A program made the translations under genes and the position numbers. This document shows, piece after piece, positions 23,767 through 37,469 of a stretch of DNA of 64,000 nucleotides. Position 1 is the stretch's first letter. Each line of letters starts with the position of its first letter. The notes under the pieces are model-generated. The model did no database searches, had not been told where the DNA came from, and saw only the letters and a program-made list of their open reading frames with translations. Origin of the DNA: Patellaria atrata CBS 101060 (lineage: Eukaryota); NCBI GenBank assembly GCA_010093705.1, contig MU006092.1:6623-70622 (forward strand), given 5' to 3'.

Positions 23767-25180
23767 TCAATCCACTTTCCAATGGCTCAGCATTCTATCG
23801 TCATCCGCCCTACCCATATATAGTTCGACGGCGTACAAAGCCATCGTGCTGGCCAGATTGATCCATCTCCACAAATTACTGCCAACATCACCACCCTGAC
23901 TGGTCCACCATTCTTGAGGGGTACCTTCGCCGCTTGTCGAGGCAAAATGCTGCATCAAAAGGCTAGTATACACGGCAATCAGGATGCTAGGACTGAACCA
24001 GCTTAGGAACCCCAAGACTTGTCCAGCCTCATCCGTATCGTCTAGGGAAGGCTCTTGTGATAGTGCTCGAGCTCCTGATTCTCGGATAGCTGGAATGATT
24101 CGAGCGCTTGCATACAAGACGAATACACGGTATGCTAGCGATACGATGACAGACGGAGTTATAGTCATGAATGCAGCCACGATAAAGTTAAACGCCGAAT
24201 GTATTGTGGATGGTAGTGTGGAAAGGGCTTGAACAAGCGTGGTGTAAGAAGCCATGATAATGGGAGGTAAAGGTGGTAGTGCTGGATCTGGAGGAGTCGG
24301 AGGAGCATCAGTCGGTGTTGATGGTTGATAATCTGTGAATATCTGGTAAATGCAAAGGGTGACGTAGGCAAACTAAGAGAAAGAGTTAGCAATATCCTTC
24401 CCATCTCAAGTGATATTGGCGTACTAAAAGAGAACTCTCCACGGGGTTGCCCCGGCCACTACCTATCCCCCAAGAGCAAAGGAATATAGCGCAAGTTATA
24501 GAAGCTCCGATCAGAATAGCATCTACATTACTGATCTCGGGAAATGTGGTAATCCTCCAGAGGAAGTACACCGAGCTCGAGATGATCGATGCCGAGACCA
24601 CCAACAGACCGATCTGTAAGTTGTTAGTATCCTCCCTGCAAAGTCTGATGATGGTACTTGCCATCCAACTATCTCCTCTTTCTCTATTAACAAGGTATCT
24701 CGTGAAATGTCCGCAAGCTTGGATGACAAGCAAGCTACAAAACCCTTCTGCGAGTTGGAAGACCGGTGTAGAATATCTGAGTAGCTTATCCCAGCTTCCA
24801 ATGGTGACAGTCTCGAGAAGACCTCCCACACCAAATAACCACTCTTGTATTGACGTATCGGCCGCTCTTTTCCCTCCAAAAGTCCTCTCCACCCACCCTG
24901 CACTGTTCTCTACATCCACGGAGAACTTATTCAGACTCCAGATCATGAGCGTCGGAATCATGATCCATTGCGTTGTGGCAGTGAGCTTGACAAGTGCATA
25001 TCGAAATCGGGACCCATCCGGTGTCGCAAGTCGTAAAAGAGAGTAATAAAAGTAGTAACTAGCTAAGGAAAGGGAGAAAGCTAAACCTGCGGTTCGTCCA
25101 CCCACATCGAAGGTGAGAGGTATGGTGAATATTATTGCGAACAAAAACACTATGGATGAGAGAACCCGAATAAACAACAT
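23767..25180 (-). CDS. ICE2: ER membrane protein Ice2
   Basis: IPLTFDVGG, TPVFQLAEGF, GNPVESSLL, multiple TM segments, C-terminal HWKVD. Confidence 0.88.
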
Positions 25181-26192
25181 AGGTGTTGAAAGGTACTGAG
25201 CACGCTTCCGAGCGAGCTCTTATACTTGGCTATCGGAACCTTTGCGCGCAAAAAACGCGCATCTGGCGCGCTGAGAAGTTTAGGGGTTTCCACAGTAATT
25301 CACGACGGCAAGTGAGTGAAAATGGAGGATGTCGCGCTCGTTGAGGAGAATAGATAAGGTGTGGCCAGCTTTCGAATGTTCTGAGTGCCAGACGTCAACC
25401 TTAACAGACACAAGGGGACCTACAGTAGGTACTGACGACTGTACAACAATTTTTGCCAGGCTCGCTCCTCTCACCGCTCGACGGGATCTGTGGGATGGGA
25501 AGGTTCTTGGTTGCTTATCGGCACGTGCAAATTCAAGCGTGAGCAAATCGTTGATAAAAAGGTCGAACGGGATAACGAGTTATAAGATGATAGGAAGACT
25601 ACAAGTTGCCTGGCTTGCCAAATACTGTAGTAGTGAGCTTCCGAATGCCCTTGTGCCTCCAGGTACGAGGATGCTTGATTGGGTGGCTGTCGCGTGCTAC
25701 TTCCAGGATAGAACTATTGTAACCTGGTGAAGACTGAAGAGGGTGAGCCGAAACGATCAATTTTCCAGATGGGTTCCTGGTGATAAAGGCGTCTAAAGTG
25801 AGCAGGTTGGAACCTGAAGCAGGTTTTAAAGAGTTTGCCAATGGCGAGGAAGAAAGAATAAAGTAGAAGCAAGAAATGAGGAGTTTCGTCTAGACACAGA
25901 TGCAACTTGCAGCAAGATCTGGGGAGGAAATATCCCGCTAGCGCTGCCAAGACGTCGAATTATGTGAGGTGGTGGGAAAAACCTAATATCCTCATTGTTG
26001 TTCTTGTTGTTTTCAATGTTCCAAAATTTCTACCGAATTGAAAAAGACACATTTCACCATTTTTCACTTGGATCTTTCCCTTAGATATGAATGCGTTGCC
26101 CCATACTAAACTCATACGCTTTACTAACCTTCTATCGTCCTCCTTTTAAAAGCTATCCTCCCTCCCTCATCGCCGACCACCTATTCACCGCC

Positions 26193-27309
26193 ATGACAGA
26201 ATCCCCAGCTAAGAGGCAAAAGCTAGATGGGCCCCTCATCGGCACGCATAAGTAGATCCACCCCAGCTCTCCACTCTTTATAGCGGTCTGACAGCTCTTC
26301 TAGCGGCCATTTCCACGCCGACGAAGCTCTAGCCGTCTACCTCCTTCGCCTTCTCCCGAATTACGCCAACAGCCCCCTTGTGCGGACCCGAGATCCCTCT
26401 ATCCTGAATTCATGCCATACAGTTGTAGACGTCGGCGGCGAGTATGACGCTTCACGCAACCGTTTCGACCACCATCAGCGTGAGTTCACTACAACGTTTC
26501 CCGCACGGCGGACAAGACTGTCGTCCGCGGGCCTAGTATATATGCATTTTGGTAAGGACATCATCGCGCAGCAGACAGGTCTGAACAAAGAGAGTGAGGA
26601 TGTCAATGTGCTATATGAGAAGATGTACTCTGATCTCATCGAGGCGTTCGATGCGAACGATAATGGTATTGCTGCCTACGACACCTCAGCTCTTAAAGCT
26701 GCAGATATCACTAAGAAGTTCGAAGACAGAGGTTTCAGTATTGCGTCTGTTGTAAGTAGGTACAACTACATGGCGAAAGGGACTGAGCCGGACCCAGCAA
26801 AATCCAAGGAGGAGCTGCAGGCTGAGGAAGATGCACGGTTCCTAAAGGCCTCTGCATTTACGGGTGAACAATTTGCTGCAGAGCTTGCGGATAAGTATCA
26901 GTCATGGCTTCCTGCACGGGCGAAGGTTCATGAAGCATTTTCCAACCGAACCATCTACCATGCGAGCGGTAATATCATGGTGCTAAGTGAAGGACTACCC
27001 TGGGTGGATCATCTCTACGCCCTCGAAACAGCAACATCGACATCTACAGAGAACCAGGTGCTATATGTGCTGTTTCCTGAAGGACCCGAGCCAGATTCGA
27101 AGTGGCGGATCCGGTCAGTATCGGTGGAGGGCGGTGGGTTCGATAACAGGAAGGATCTTCCAGATGCTTGGAAAGGTATGCGAGATGAGAAGTTGGACGA
27201 AATAAGCGGCATCAAGGGATGTGTATTTGTACATGCCAGCGGATTCATCGGGGGGAACAAGACGTTCGACGGAGCGTTAGAGATGGCTAGAAAAGCTATA
27301 GAGTTGTGA
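26193..27309 (+). CDS. MYG1: MYG1 / UPF0160 exonuclease (2 exons; possible upstream in-frame start at 26091)
   Basis: IGTHNGHFHADEALA, VVDVGGEYD, FDHHQR, LSSAGLVYMHFG, FVHASGFIGGNKT. Confidence 0.93.
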
Positions 27310-27690
27310 GGGAAAGCAAGTTGCAGCAAGAACAAGTATCAATAATAAACGTCACATCTTGAATCATTTGTGTTCGGGTGACTTCTAACAAGAATTCAAA
27401 ATAGCTACATTGAAATGAACAAAGGAAACAGATTCCGTCCCGTGAAAACTGATCTGCCCGTCTGCTGTAGCGAACCGGAGAGGCTCAGATTCCTCAATCA
27501 AAAGAAGCCCTTATCCGTAAGAGCACAAAATTATGTGCCCCTGCCCAATATAACGCCGTAAAATATCCCCAGGTTGTCGGCCAGCAGAAGCACACATAGC
27601 CGCATTGTGAGATGGTCAACTTCCTCGTCGCCCTTGATCATGTCAACTGTCAAAAATGTTCCCCCACCTGTTGGAATGTCGTATCATAGG

Positions 27691-28249
27691 CTACTTCAGA
27701 ATAGGAACGGCTTTTCCTTCTTCTACTGCCTTCTGTTCCACCTTATCTCCTTCGGCTTGCGGTGAGTCTGCCGTGTCATCCACGCTCGTCCCGCGGTGGA
27801 GAAAACTGCTTTCTTTCACGGGGCTTCCGCTTTGTCCATGGCCACTTGTATGTGGAGCGGGGAGATTGATACCTCCATTGGAGTTGTGGGGAGAAGTACT
27901 GTGTGGGATGTTCTCGGGGACTGGGTGCTCGCGGCCAATCTGGGTTACACCAATGTCTGAAGCTTTGCCGGCCTTTGAGAGAGCATAGTCTCCACTGTCG
28001 AAATACTTGCGTTCCTGAAATAGCTGTTAGATGTATATTGAAGCCGCTTTGTTTACATACCTTCAACTTGTTTTGGAGCAGGTCCTTCTTGTTGGGCAAC
28101 TTTCCATAAAGGCGGAAGAGACGCTGCTCATCCGGCGAGAGTTTCTAGCACCGAACAACTGTCAGATATATATATTCCTCGTTATATACACTGGTAAGAG
28201 GAAGAGAACTCACACTGATATCCACCTTGTTCTGTTGGTGAGGGTTCAT
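27691..28249 (-). CDS. IGO1: Endosulfine / Igo1-Igo2 family PP2A inhibitor (3 exons)
   Basis: Manual splice: MNPHQQNKVDIS | KLSPDEQRLFRLYGKLPNKKDLLQNKLK | ERKYFDSGDYALSKAG. FDSGDY is the Greatwall/Rim15 site. Missed as a single ORF by the track. Confidence 0.9.
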
Positions 28250-29304
28250 TTTGGCGTAGTCCTAGATTTGGGTAACTAGTTTGCTCGTTTCAGACCTGAA
28301 TTTGTATTTGCGGTGGGCGGGTTAGGAGTATCCGCTTTTGATAAGCTCCTGGAAGTAGATGACGAATTGCCGGAGATGTGGTAATGACGGTAACCTTTCC
28401 TCTGTTTCGAAGTAGTACCGTTGAGTTTGCGTACAGTACAGATACTGTAAGGTAGTTCTAACCCCTCGATACTGGAGATTGAGGGGCTATCCGTGCCTTA
28501 TGGTAGGTTGGTGCCCTATGACGAAGCAGAGGATTGACAAAAACGCTTCACAAACAACTTCAATCCTTCAACAATGGAAGGTCAAGCAGGCACAGTCTTC
28601 GATCTTCGGTCTTCGATGATGATATGTCGATTCCTGGAGGAGAGGTTGTAGGAAAGTTGCAGGGAGTTGAGAGGGGACGTCTCACGTCCAGACAAGGAAT
28701 GTCTACCTTATGTGTGAAGTCGTGGTCGAAATGCGGGATGTTTCAAGTCCAAGGGAATGGGAAATCTTGATACTTGTATAATAGAGTGGAAGATTTTCGT
28801 TGTGGTTTCTCTTCTTGAAGAAGAAAGAAACGTCACGCGCTCCCTTCTGATCTATTTGTCTTCCTGCTTCGTTGATCACGTCGCTCAAATAGGAAAAGGT
28901 ATACTCCGACTTAAAATCAAAGGGATACTTGAATTATTCGGAGTTTCAAGGCGTGAATCTTCCGCTCTTTATCAATTCGAAGTATTTTGTTACTGTAGAG
29001 TACAGCAGAACTACTGTAAGGTGGAACTAGTCCAACCCACTACACGCTTGTTCATCTCTACGTCTTTTTTCCAGAGCTACTCAATTGACCTAAAAGAGCT
29101 GGGTCGTTCCTATTATCAGAGACAATTTATTGGGTTCCTGCAGTAGAGTATACACCTACCGTACCATCACCTCTCAAAAGGTCAGAGTTTCTGCAGCTGA
29201 CCTCAAGGTATAGGCACAATCAGCGCCCGCAGGAAGAACTACCTACTTTCTACACGTATCCTATTGCAGTATTTCTCAAGACAGGGCATACACTCAATAC
29301 GAGC

Positions 29305-30164
29305 ATGCAGCATCGCACCACTAAGAACCGACACTCTAGCAAGCTTTATGTCGTCGAACATCTAGATCCTGAACTAGAAGCATGGTCGGCCTTGGAATAT
29401 AAAGCAATCGCAAAAGAATGCGTAGAATCGGGCTCACGCTTCCTTCTCTCATCTGTACCCGAGAGCTTAAAAATTCCCCATGATCTCAAAAATACAAAGG
29501 GTCTCAACGTCGAGCACCGCGGTATAGAAGAACTTTACAAAGAGGGCATATGCCTGCTCGATCCCGCTGCCTCTAAAGAGCTCTCACCAGAAGATGGAGA
29601 CCTATTTCAAGCTTTCCTGTTTGGGGGGATCCTGGGTATGCAGAACTCACATCGATAACTACCGTAGCACATGGCTGATGCCATCCCACAGGTGATGATC
29701 CACCAAGAGGTATTGACCGCATTGAGGCTATTTGATCCGCCAGTTCCAGAACCCCCGGTTAATGAGATCAGATCGGACGTCGGAACTGCGAAAGAAGGGT
29801 TTCGAGGGCCGACGTCTCGGTCCCGTCCAGATGACCACAGATACGGCTGTAAGAGTTACGAGGATGATAGTGCAAGATCAAGGTATATTTCAGCCTTCAA
29901 AGCTTTTAGGCTTAGTGAACCCGCAACTGACCATTTTGCAGTACCCATTGATAAGATCCCGTACATCGATCATCCAGAACTCAAGATTAATAAGCATGAA
30001 AGCACAGAAATGCCGTTTCGTTATGTGAGAGCCGGAGATGGCCAACCAATAATGCCAGAAGTATGTTTGCTTCCTCCACTTGGATTACGCGGATCTAATG
30101 GTATCAGGGTATGCTTGATCTTATCAAGAAAGACTCAGAGAAGGGCTTCGAGGACCTTCTCTAA
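29305..30164 (+). CDS. SFM1: SPOUT-family methyltransferase Sfm1 (DUF431), multi-exon
   Basis: YVVEHLDPEL, LLDPAA, FLFGGILGDDPPRDRT, RRLGPVQMTTDTA, ESTEMPFRYV. Confidence 0.88.
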
Positions 30165-32562
30165 TTGTTCAGTACGCATACGCACTAATGTCTTGTCAAT
30201 ACTGTTTCTAGCTTGTTGTACGCTTACGCTCCGGCAGTCTTCTGATCTGAGAATATGAAAATAGAATCCTGTTCGGTACCAGGTCCGATGACATGCTGCC
30301 ATTGTGTACAGCAAGCGTACAGCAAGCACACAAACCGAGAATACCAACAGTGAATGGAAGTGAGATAGTCCACTCTCGTTCTCCTTTAGCATACTATACT
30401 TTTCACGTGCTATATCCCATCATGGTTCTAAACTTGGTAGCTTTGACTTATTCTGTTTGTTCGCTTGGTGTACAGTACAGCACAACAAACAGGATCTTAT
30501 GTCAAAAATAGGACTCTGCTCCATGGTGTATGCGCTCCGTTCTAATCATAATCTAGCGGTCGTACCACCTAGCTGCGAAACCCCGACGTAACCCTTCCAG
30601 GTTGATCCAACCGTAGCCACACGCATTTCCTTTACTTGCAGCGGCTGGGATTGCATCAAATTTGTCTCTCCCACTACCACGCTCGTAATGCTCTCTAATC
30701 AATCTCGTTTACCATGTCGACTGCGCAGAACCTCATTTTCGAATTCGTAAACACCAAGCTGCATCCTTCACTCACAACGCCGAATTCTTCCTCCCATTCT
30801 CTGGCAGCCCCTGTTGCATCTATATCCCCTTCCGCAAGCGTCATGGTAACTTTCTTGGGTCATATATGCGCCGTCTTCCTCATCCCTTGCGGTAAGAGTC
30901 ATAGTCTTCACCAACCGAATGCCATAGCGAAAACCGCGTGTCGAGTAGCTTTCGAGTACCAGAGTTCGCTACATGCAAATCTGGTTCAGCATTATCCCTC
31001 CAACCTCAATCAGCCATCAACTCTTCACCACCCACACAACCGCTATAGAGTTGCAAGTACGCTTACCTTCTAACTCCTTCAGATGAAACTAAACGATCTT
31101 CACTTCCTTCCGGCAATTCTCCTACACCACTCTTCTCCCTTTTTCTCCCACCCTCTTTTTTTGCGATTAAGAAATTACAGTATTGTATTATTACGATGTA
31201 AACCCTTCCTCCGTTTCTTTAAGAATCGTCCTCCGCTCGTCCCTGGTTGGAAGGCAGTACAGAGTTCGAGAAAGCCTCCTCCGGTCGCTATGAGGATGTT
31301 TTAAAGCCCGAAAACTGAGAGGGAGGGACCGATCACCAGGATGGAGATTGTTGGGACAGTGTGATGCCGAGGAGCTTCTAAGCGCGGGGAAAACTAGCGG
31401 ACAGGTTACAAGGATGACTTTGCGGAGATGGGAAGGTGATTTGGTACGGTTGTTGGACGTATGTGTGAATTGATAGCACAACGACCTTAGATATGACAAA
31501 CCAAATGACAGACTACGATGTGAGTAGCTACGATAGCTTGCCCTTTCTTTACCTTCGCTCCTCTAAAGCCTAAACTCCTAACCACAAAGTCGTTATTGAT
31601 TCGGTATTAGCTACACCTCAATCACGTACTCGTATTCTCCAAGTCTGAGTATGTTAGCTGCTTACACTATTCTAAGTCATTGTATAAACATGGCATAAAA
31701 GCTAATCTTTGAGCGTAAAAACTGCAGATACTGGTGATTGATAGCTTGATAAATCGGCTCCGTGATCACAGTGTATATTCAATAGCTTTATGATTCAACT
31801 CCTTAAACTTTAGCGGACCTTCTAGACATATCTTCGTTATTCGGTTCTCCGATTTTTCCTTGAGTGTTGCACGCTGCCATAAGCGTGCGCATCTCGAGCT
31901 GACCTTGTTGTAAGCACGATGTGAGTCAGGGGATGGGAACTATACGGACCCCCTGGATCACTGGTGGATAGGGGTTATCTACCCCAATCATGCCATGTCT
32001 GCTGTCGTTTCTGCTGCGTGGTTCTGATCATTCCAAACCCTATTGGAATGTAGAGTTATACTGACTGACTTCTCTTTGTTATGGTTCGTTTGTAGTTAGG
32101 TCAGCAGTCTACGTACGCCACCTTGTTATTTCCTGCTATCAGGCTATTTATCAAATTCTCGAAAGGTATGTCGGAAAGGCTAAGGCGCCATAATGTACTT
32201 TTTCTGTATAGAGCGCTTCGTGTAGCTCTTAACATGATACATGACCCAATCAGTTGAGGGGGCTTACATGTATCAAAACGGAGGAGGTGCACGTATAGTC
32301 AATCAGGGGACGTACGCGGACCGCTGAGCCTATCTTTTATCATAGCGCGTTTATTTTCATACGAGTAAAACGCTTACAATACTTTGATTCCGTAGCCTCA
32401 ATTTGGGGAGCATCATTATGCTCGTACAATCTGGGGTATCCATGCATAACATAGTAAAGGTAGGTTATGAATCTTTCCCGTTCACATAATACTTAAACAA
32501 TATATGTGATTAACGCTCGCTATACAAGAATGATTAGCAAATAAGCTTCATTATTTTAATCG

Positions 32563-34563
32563 TCACTTCCTCGTCCGCTTGGAGCTCTTCGTGCTCGTGG
32601 CACTAAGTACACTGGCACTGCGCTTGTGCCCACCTCTCGCTGTATTCACCGCAGAGTTTTCAGGAAGCGGGCCTGATGCTAGGTTTGAAGAGCTTCGCGC
32701 CCTGGCAACGTCTCCATCCATCTCATCTTTAAGAGGTTTCTCGTCCTCAGCGTCGCCATCTGCTTCATCTTCTTCTGCTTCATCTTCTTCGTCAACATCA
32801 GCTCCAGCGTCACCATCCCCATCTACATCTCCGTCGTCATCCTCATCACCATGCGCGTCGCCATCACTGTTAGCATCAGCTTCGGCGTCAGTACCCTTGG
32901 CAATGTCTTCCACTTCAGCCTTTTTCTCAGTTGACGACTTCTCGGCCTGGGTGTTGTCTGTGTTGATGCCGGCTCTAGCTCGTGCAACAGCAAGTTCGCC
33001 TTCTTCTTTCTCCCTGACCTTCCGTACGTCCAACAGTTTCGAGACTTGACCTACCAGCCTCTCTAAGCTCTCACAAACTGTTGTGGTTGGCAGTACAATA
33101 ATATCTGGAACCTTCAATTCTGCTAACGCGGTGGCTATCTTCTGAGTTTGGGCAGCACTCTTTGCTTGTCTCAGTTTCAGGACCCGATCGGTTCGGAACG
33201 TCACCCCAGATGTAAGACGGTCGTGGGTAGTAATACCAAATCGGGTTTCAGAACGCGGTGATATGGTGCGCACAGGAGTTTGCGCGGTTTGACTCGTCGC
33301 GCTGCCAGGAACGCCGCTCTTCTTCTGTGAAGTGCCACCGATTGAATCCCGATGACTACCGGCAGTGACAGGCGTTTGACCAACGGTCGCTGGAGTCGGC
33401 ATGCCAGCGTCCATTCCTGCTTGTACCGATAGCCTACTTCCACGTTTCCTACTTCTATCCGCATGAAATAGCTGAGTAAACAACTGATGTAACGCTTGGG
33501 AGGATTGAAATTGCATTGCTGTTCCGGTGCTTGAAGGGGCCTCCAGCCTCGCGCGGATCTCAGCACGTTCTGTTTCGAATTTATGGTTGTAAACAGCAAT
33601 ACGCTGCAATTCGTTGAGAAGAAATTCTTCTTCCTTAGCCTCGTCGAGTGATCGACTCATGAGATTGTTGGCAAGCTTCTTGCGACTTGCTTCTGAGACT
33701 GGGTTATACTTCGTTAGGTTTTCATAAAGCGCAAATTCAGCCGGGTTCATATTGGTAATCGGAGTCTTTATAGCCATAGCCTTGGCCTGAATGTTATAGT
33801 ATCGTGCTTTCATGTCTTCAATGGAGCGCTCTTTTCGAGGTGAGGTTGGGACCAGAGTCATATCGTCAGAGCCACTCCCGACGAGTGCGGAGGGCTTAAA
33901 GTCATACCGGTCATATATCACAGGCCAGCGTTGGTGATATTCTTTGATTGCCTGGAGCAAGTAATCCGTTTCTTCTCTGCTCCAATCGTCGCTTCGGAGA
34001 TACGTCTCGTACTCTTCGTCGGTATATTGTGGAATCTCGACTTGCACGTTGCATTTCGCCCATTCGTATCTGGGTTGCTCCTCTATCTTTGTTTCCGATA
34101 CATCTTCCATGGTGATATTTTCCGAATCCTCTAAAACTTTAGATGCCGGTATCTTCGCCCAGTGTTTCAACACGAGGCCATCAGTCCTGGCCTGGTTCGT
34201 AAACGGCGTCATTCGCCTATCGAATAACCATCAGCATGATCTGTATATTAGCTGTGAATGCTCTGGTTACCATCTATTCGAAAGCTTGTACGCGCGACTC
34301 GGTCGCCCTTTGTAGGTCTTATTGACATCAATAACGGCAACAGGGGGAGGGCGGTCGCCATGGAGCGCGAGGACTTCCCGTGCAATACCAGCTGTGAGGC
34401 ACAACTATTAATTACACATCACATGATGGGTGGGCCTGATAAACAATATCTTACCGGTGCGCTTTCCCGTTGCAGTTTTGGGCTTCTTGAGAGTGGGTGG
34501 TGGATTTGCGGGTGCCGCGCCCGACAGACCCATAATGTCCTGAACATCTTTTCTGGAAGCCAT
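32563..34563 (-). CDS. SWC4: SWR1/NuA4 subunit Swc4/Eaf2 (DMAP1), multi-exon
   Basis: DVQDIMGL, PFTNQARTDGLVLKHW, SANT domain WSREETDYL...RSIEDMKARYY, acidic C-terminus. Confidence 0.92.
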
Positions 34564-37469
34564 TTTGCTGGATCTGACGCGATAGACAAAGGTTCTGGAA
34601 TGAAGAGACCACCGTGCCAAATCGAAAGGAAGCCTAAGTTCTCATCTTTGCGCTCTGCGATGGATATTGAAGTACATGCCAAGACCTAACCCAAATAGGA
34701 TTTAGTTTGGCATAATTGCTTATGTAGAGTACAAGGATACCTTACAAGCTAGTGAAGGGTACCTTTTACTTAATTATATATCGCGTTCAAACATTTTCCC
34801 AAGGAACGAGTACTCATGTTTGTTCATCTATGTATCAAAATTTATTCCACGCGAAAGATAAACTTTTTAAATTCAGTCTTATCCAATTGTAGCCAGGTAA
34901 TCAACTCCAAGGAACCCTTCCACGATCCAACATGATTGCTGACTTATCGAGTCATGTCTCTTTGAATAACTGTACATTCTTTAGTACAGCGGGGACATAA
35001 TCATAAGTGGTGCTGGCAATAACGAAAGGCTCCATACGTATGGTGAGCGTACTGTACAGTGCAAACATGAATACTAGCTGTATTGTACCAACCCCAGGAT
35101 TTTACTGCAAAAGCAATAGGAAGTGATAGAAGTCACCCTGACCGAGGTTAGAGGCATACTCATCACTATATTTATATTCGCCTTTCTAAAATACCTTCGT
35201 TTGCTGTGGAAGCAACAATACACCTTCACCTCGTGTATTACGACACCCCTCGCTCGGAATGTTGTCTCCCAATTTATCTCTCCTCTATGTGCGGGCAGTC
35301 TTACCTTTACATAAGACGGGACCAAGCGTACTGGTTGAGCTCTAAGCCTGAGAAACCGAAAACATCACGCTTACCGCATGCCAGCGAGCAAGCTAAACTA
35401 TAGCACTAATAACAGGTCTCGGCCACATATCTATAGCACCTAATATTTCCCTTCTCGGTACTCTTATTTTTAGTGTAGATCTCTACAGCATCGCCACTGG
35501 AACCGGAAGTGGTGGCACTATATTTCTAGAATCGTATTCATATACTTACCCTTGTCCTGGAATCCTGCGCTCTCTGGACTATGCGGATACCAAGTTAGAC
35601 GTAACAGTTATCGTTCCAAATGTAGGTCTTACGGTGAAACGATTAATACCTTTTGTTGGATATCGGGAAACCGACCCTGATATATCGTTCGTCACACAGA
35701 TATTTAGTGCATAGTTTAGTCTGTAAGTTCCTTTCCAGAATAATAGACGGCCATGCTGTGCGGATAGTGGGCTGGTAGTCCAGTATATGGATAACGGGAC
35801 GCGACTAGAAGATGTACGGACCTTGGTCGACCGAAATTGAACGAAGTATTCTAGGAATCGGATTAACGTGCTATATTAAACTCTGCCGGATGCCGCATCG
35901 AGAATAGGGAGTTCTCTAGCGATTATATCAGCAACGGAGTAACAACCGTTGTTGTACTGACACGGAGTTTCCAAGGGGATTAAGCTAGAGGAGAGATGAC
36001 TGAGTTAAGGATCCCGAAAATCGAGTAACTATTACCGATGCTGGGTAGAGGGCAAGTCGAAATTAAGTGTAGTTGATATCATGAACCGGATGCTGGCCAT
36101 AGAGAGCCATTTGAGTAGTCAGAATCAGTGTAAAGTAACCTCTGAAGTTGTTTCCCGAGAACTTCTAAGGGAAGAACTACCGAGAAGTTGACCATCTTGA
36201 AAGATGGAGTCTTACAGAATCCGAGAGCAAATCACGGAGAATCATTATTAGGAATGCGAAAAGGGAGGGACAGAATAGGTTAAATCCGCTCAGTATGTTG
36301 TTGAATAACGTCACTTCTGGTTTCATGATACGTCATTTATAATACTTTCGTATCAGCAAAAAGGTCCGGAAGTCTTAACAAGATTGTAAAAGTACTTCTA
36401 TATATCTATCTGTACAGCGAAGCCGGGCAAAAGTCCCTGTACTCTGATCCCACTTTAGCATTTCTCATTATTTATTAGTAGTAGTGCATCCATTCGCTTG
36501 AATGATGGCGGAGGAAATCTCCAAACTGATACTATGGCCGATCATCGCGGTGGCAGAGGAAGCGCCGCACCCTCCGCGGAACTGTGAGTCGGAATTTACT
36601 CCGTTTTTCTGAACTTTACCTTGAAACTTCGCTCCCCCTTGCATGTCGATGACTCCGCTTGTTATATACATCAAGGTAAGGTAAGCTTATCATTGGTTCT
36701 AGAAACATTTAGATAAGACATATCGGTCGAAATTTCAGTTGTTGATCGACGATTCACTACATTTAATGCATCATCCAATTACAGCGGACAGTTGTGTCGC
36801 TTGTATCTGAGAGGGTTGATCGAAGTGCATAAGGTAAGGATGGAAAACGACGGAGCCTTCTACATGTAATGCTCACAATTTAACCATCATATCAAGGAGA
36901 ACAAAAGGCGAGAAGATTAATGTAAAGAATCTTCATTAATTATTATAATTGTGTTTAAGGTATTACTGAGGCTACCTTAGCACTTACAACCTGGTGAACC
37001 AGCTAAACTCTTGGGTGATCCAATAGCACTAAAGGTAACCTCTTAGGGTATAAAGTTTTTAAGCATCAAAGCAGTAGTAGTTCCGCCCTCCCAAGTCCCA
37101 ACAAATCTCCAAAAGTAAGATCTCAGAAGAAAAATCGATATAATGGCAGTCCATTTTGATTATGAACCGGTTGGGAAGTCCACAGGAAATAATCAACCTG
37201 GAAGTGCGAGAATGCACCCTTGGTCGCCAGCCCGCCTTTGCCCCGCATCGCCGAAAATTGACTGGAAACACCCGACGGTACCTATAAGTGGTCTTATTGC
37301 CGAAAATTTTCCGCGCTCTCTTTCGCATTTCGTAACCTAACCTAACATAACCTATATCCACCAAAAATGTCGCTAAGATAACCTGAAAAAGTGGGAATGC
37401 CATGCGCTGAAATGCCGGAAACGGACCTATGAGTTATCTGATCAAGTTATTCCAAAACTGACGACCTCT

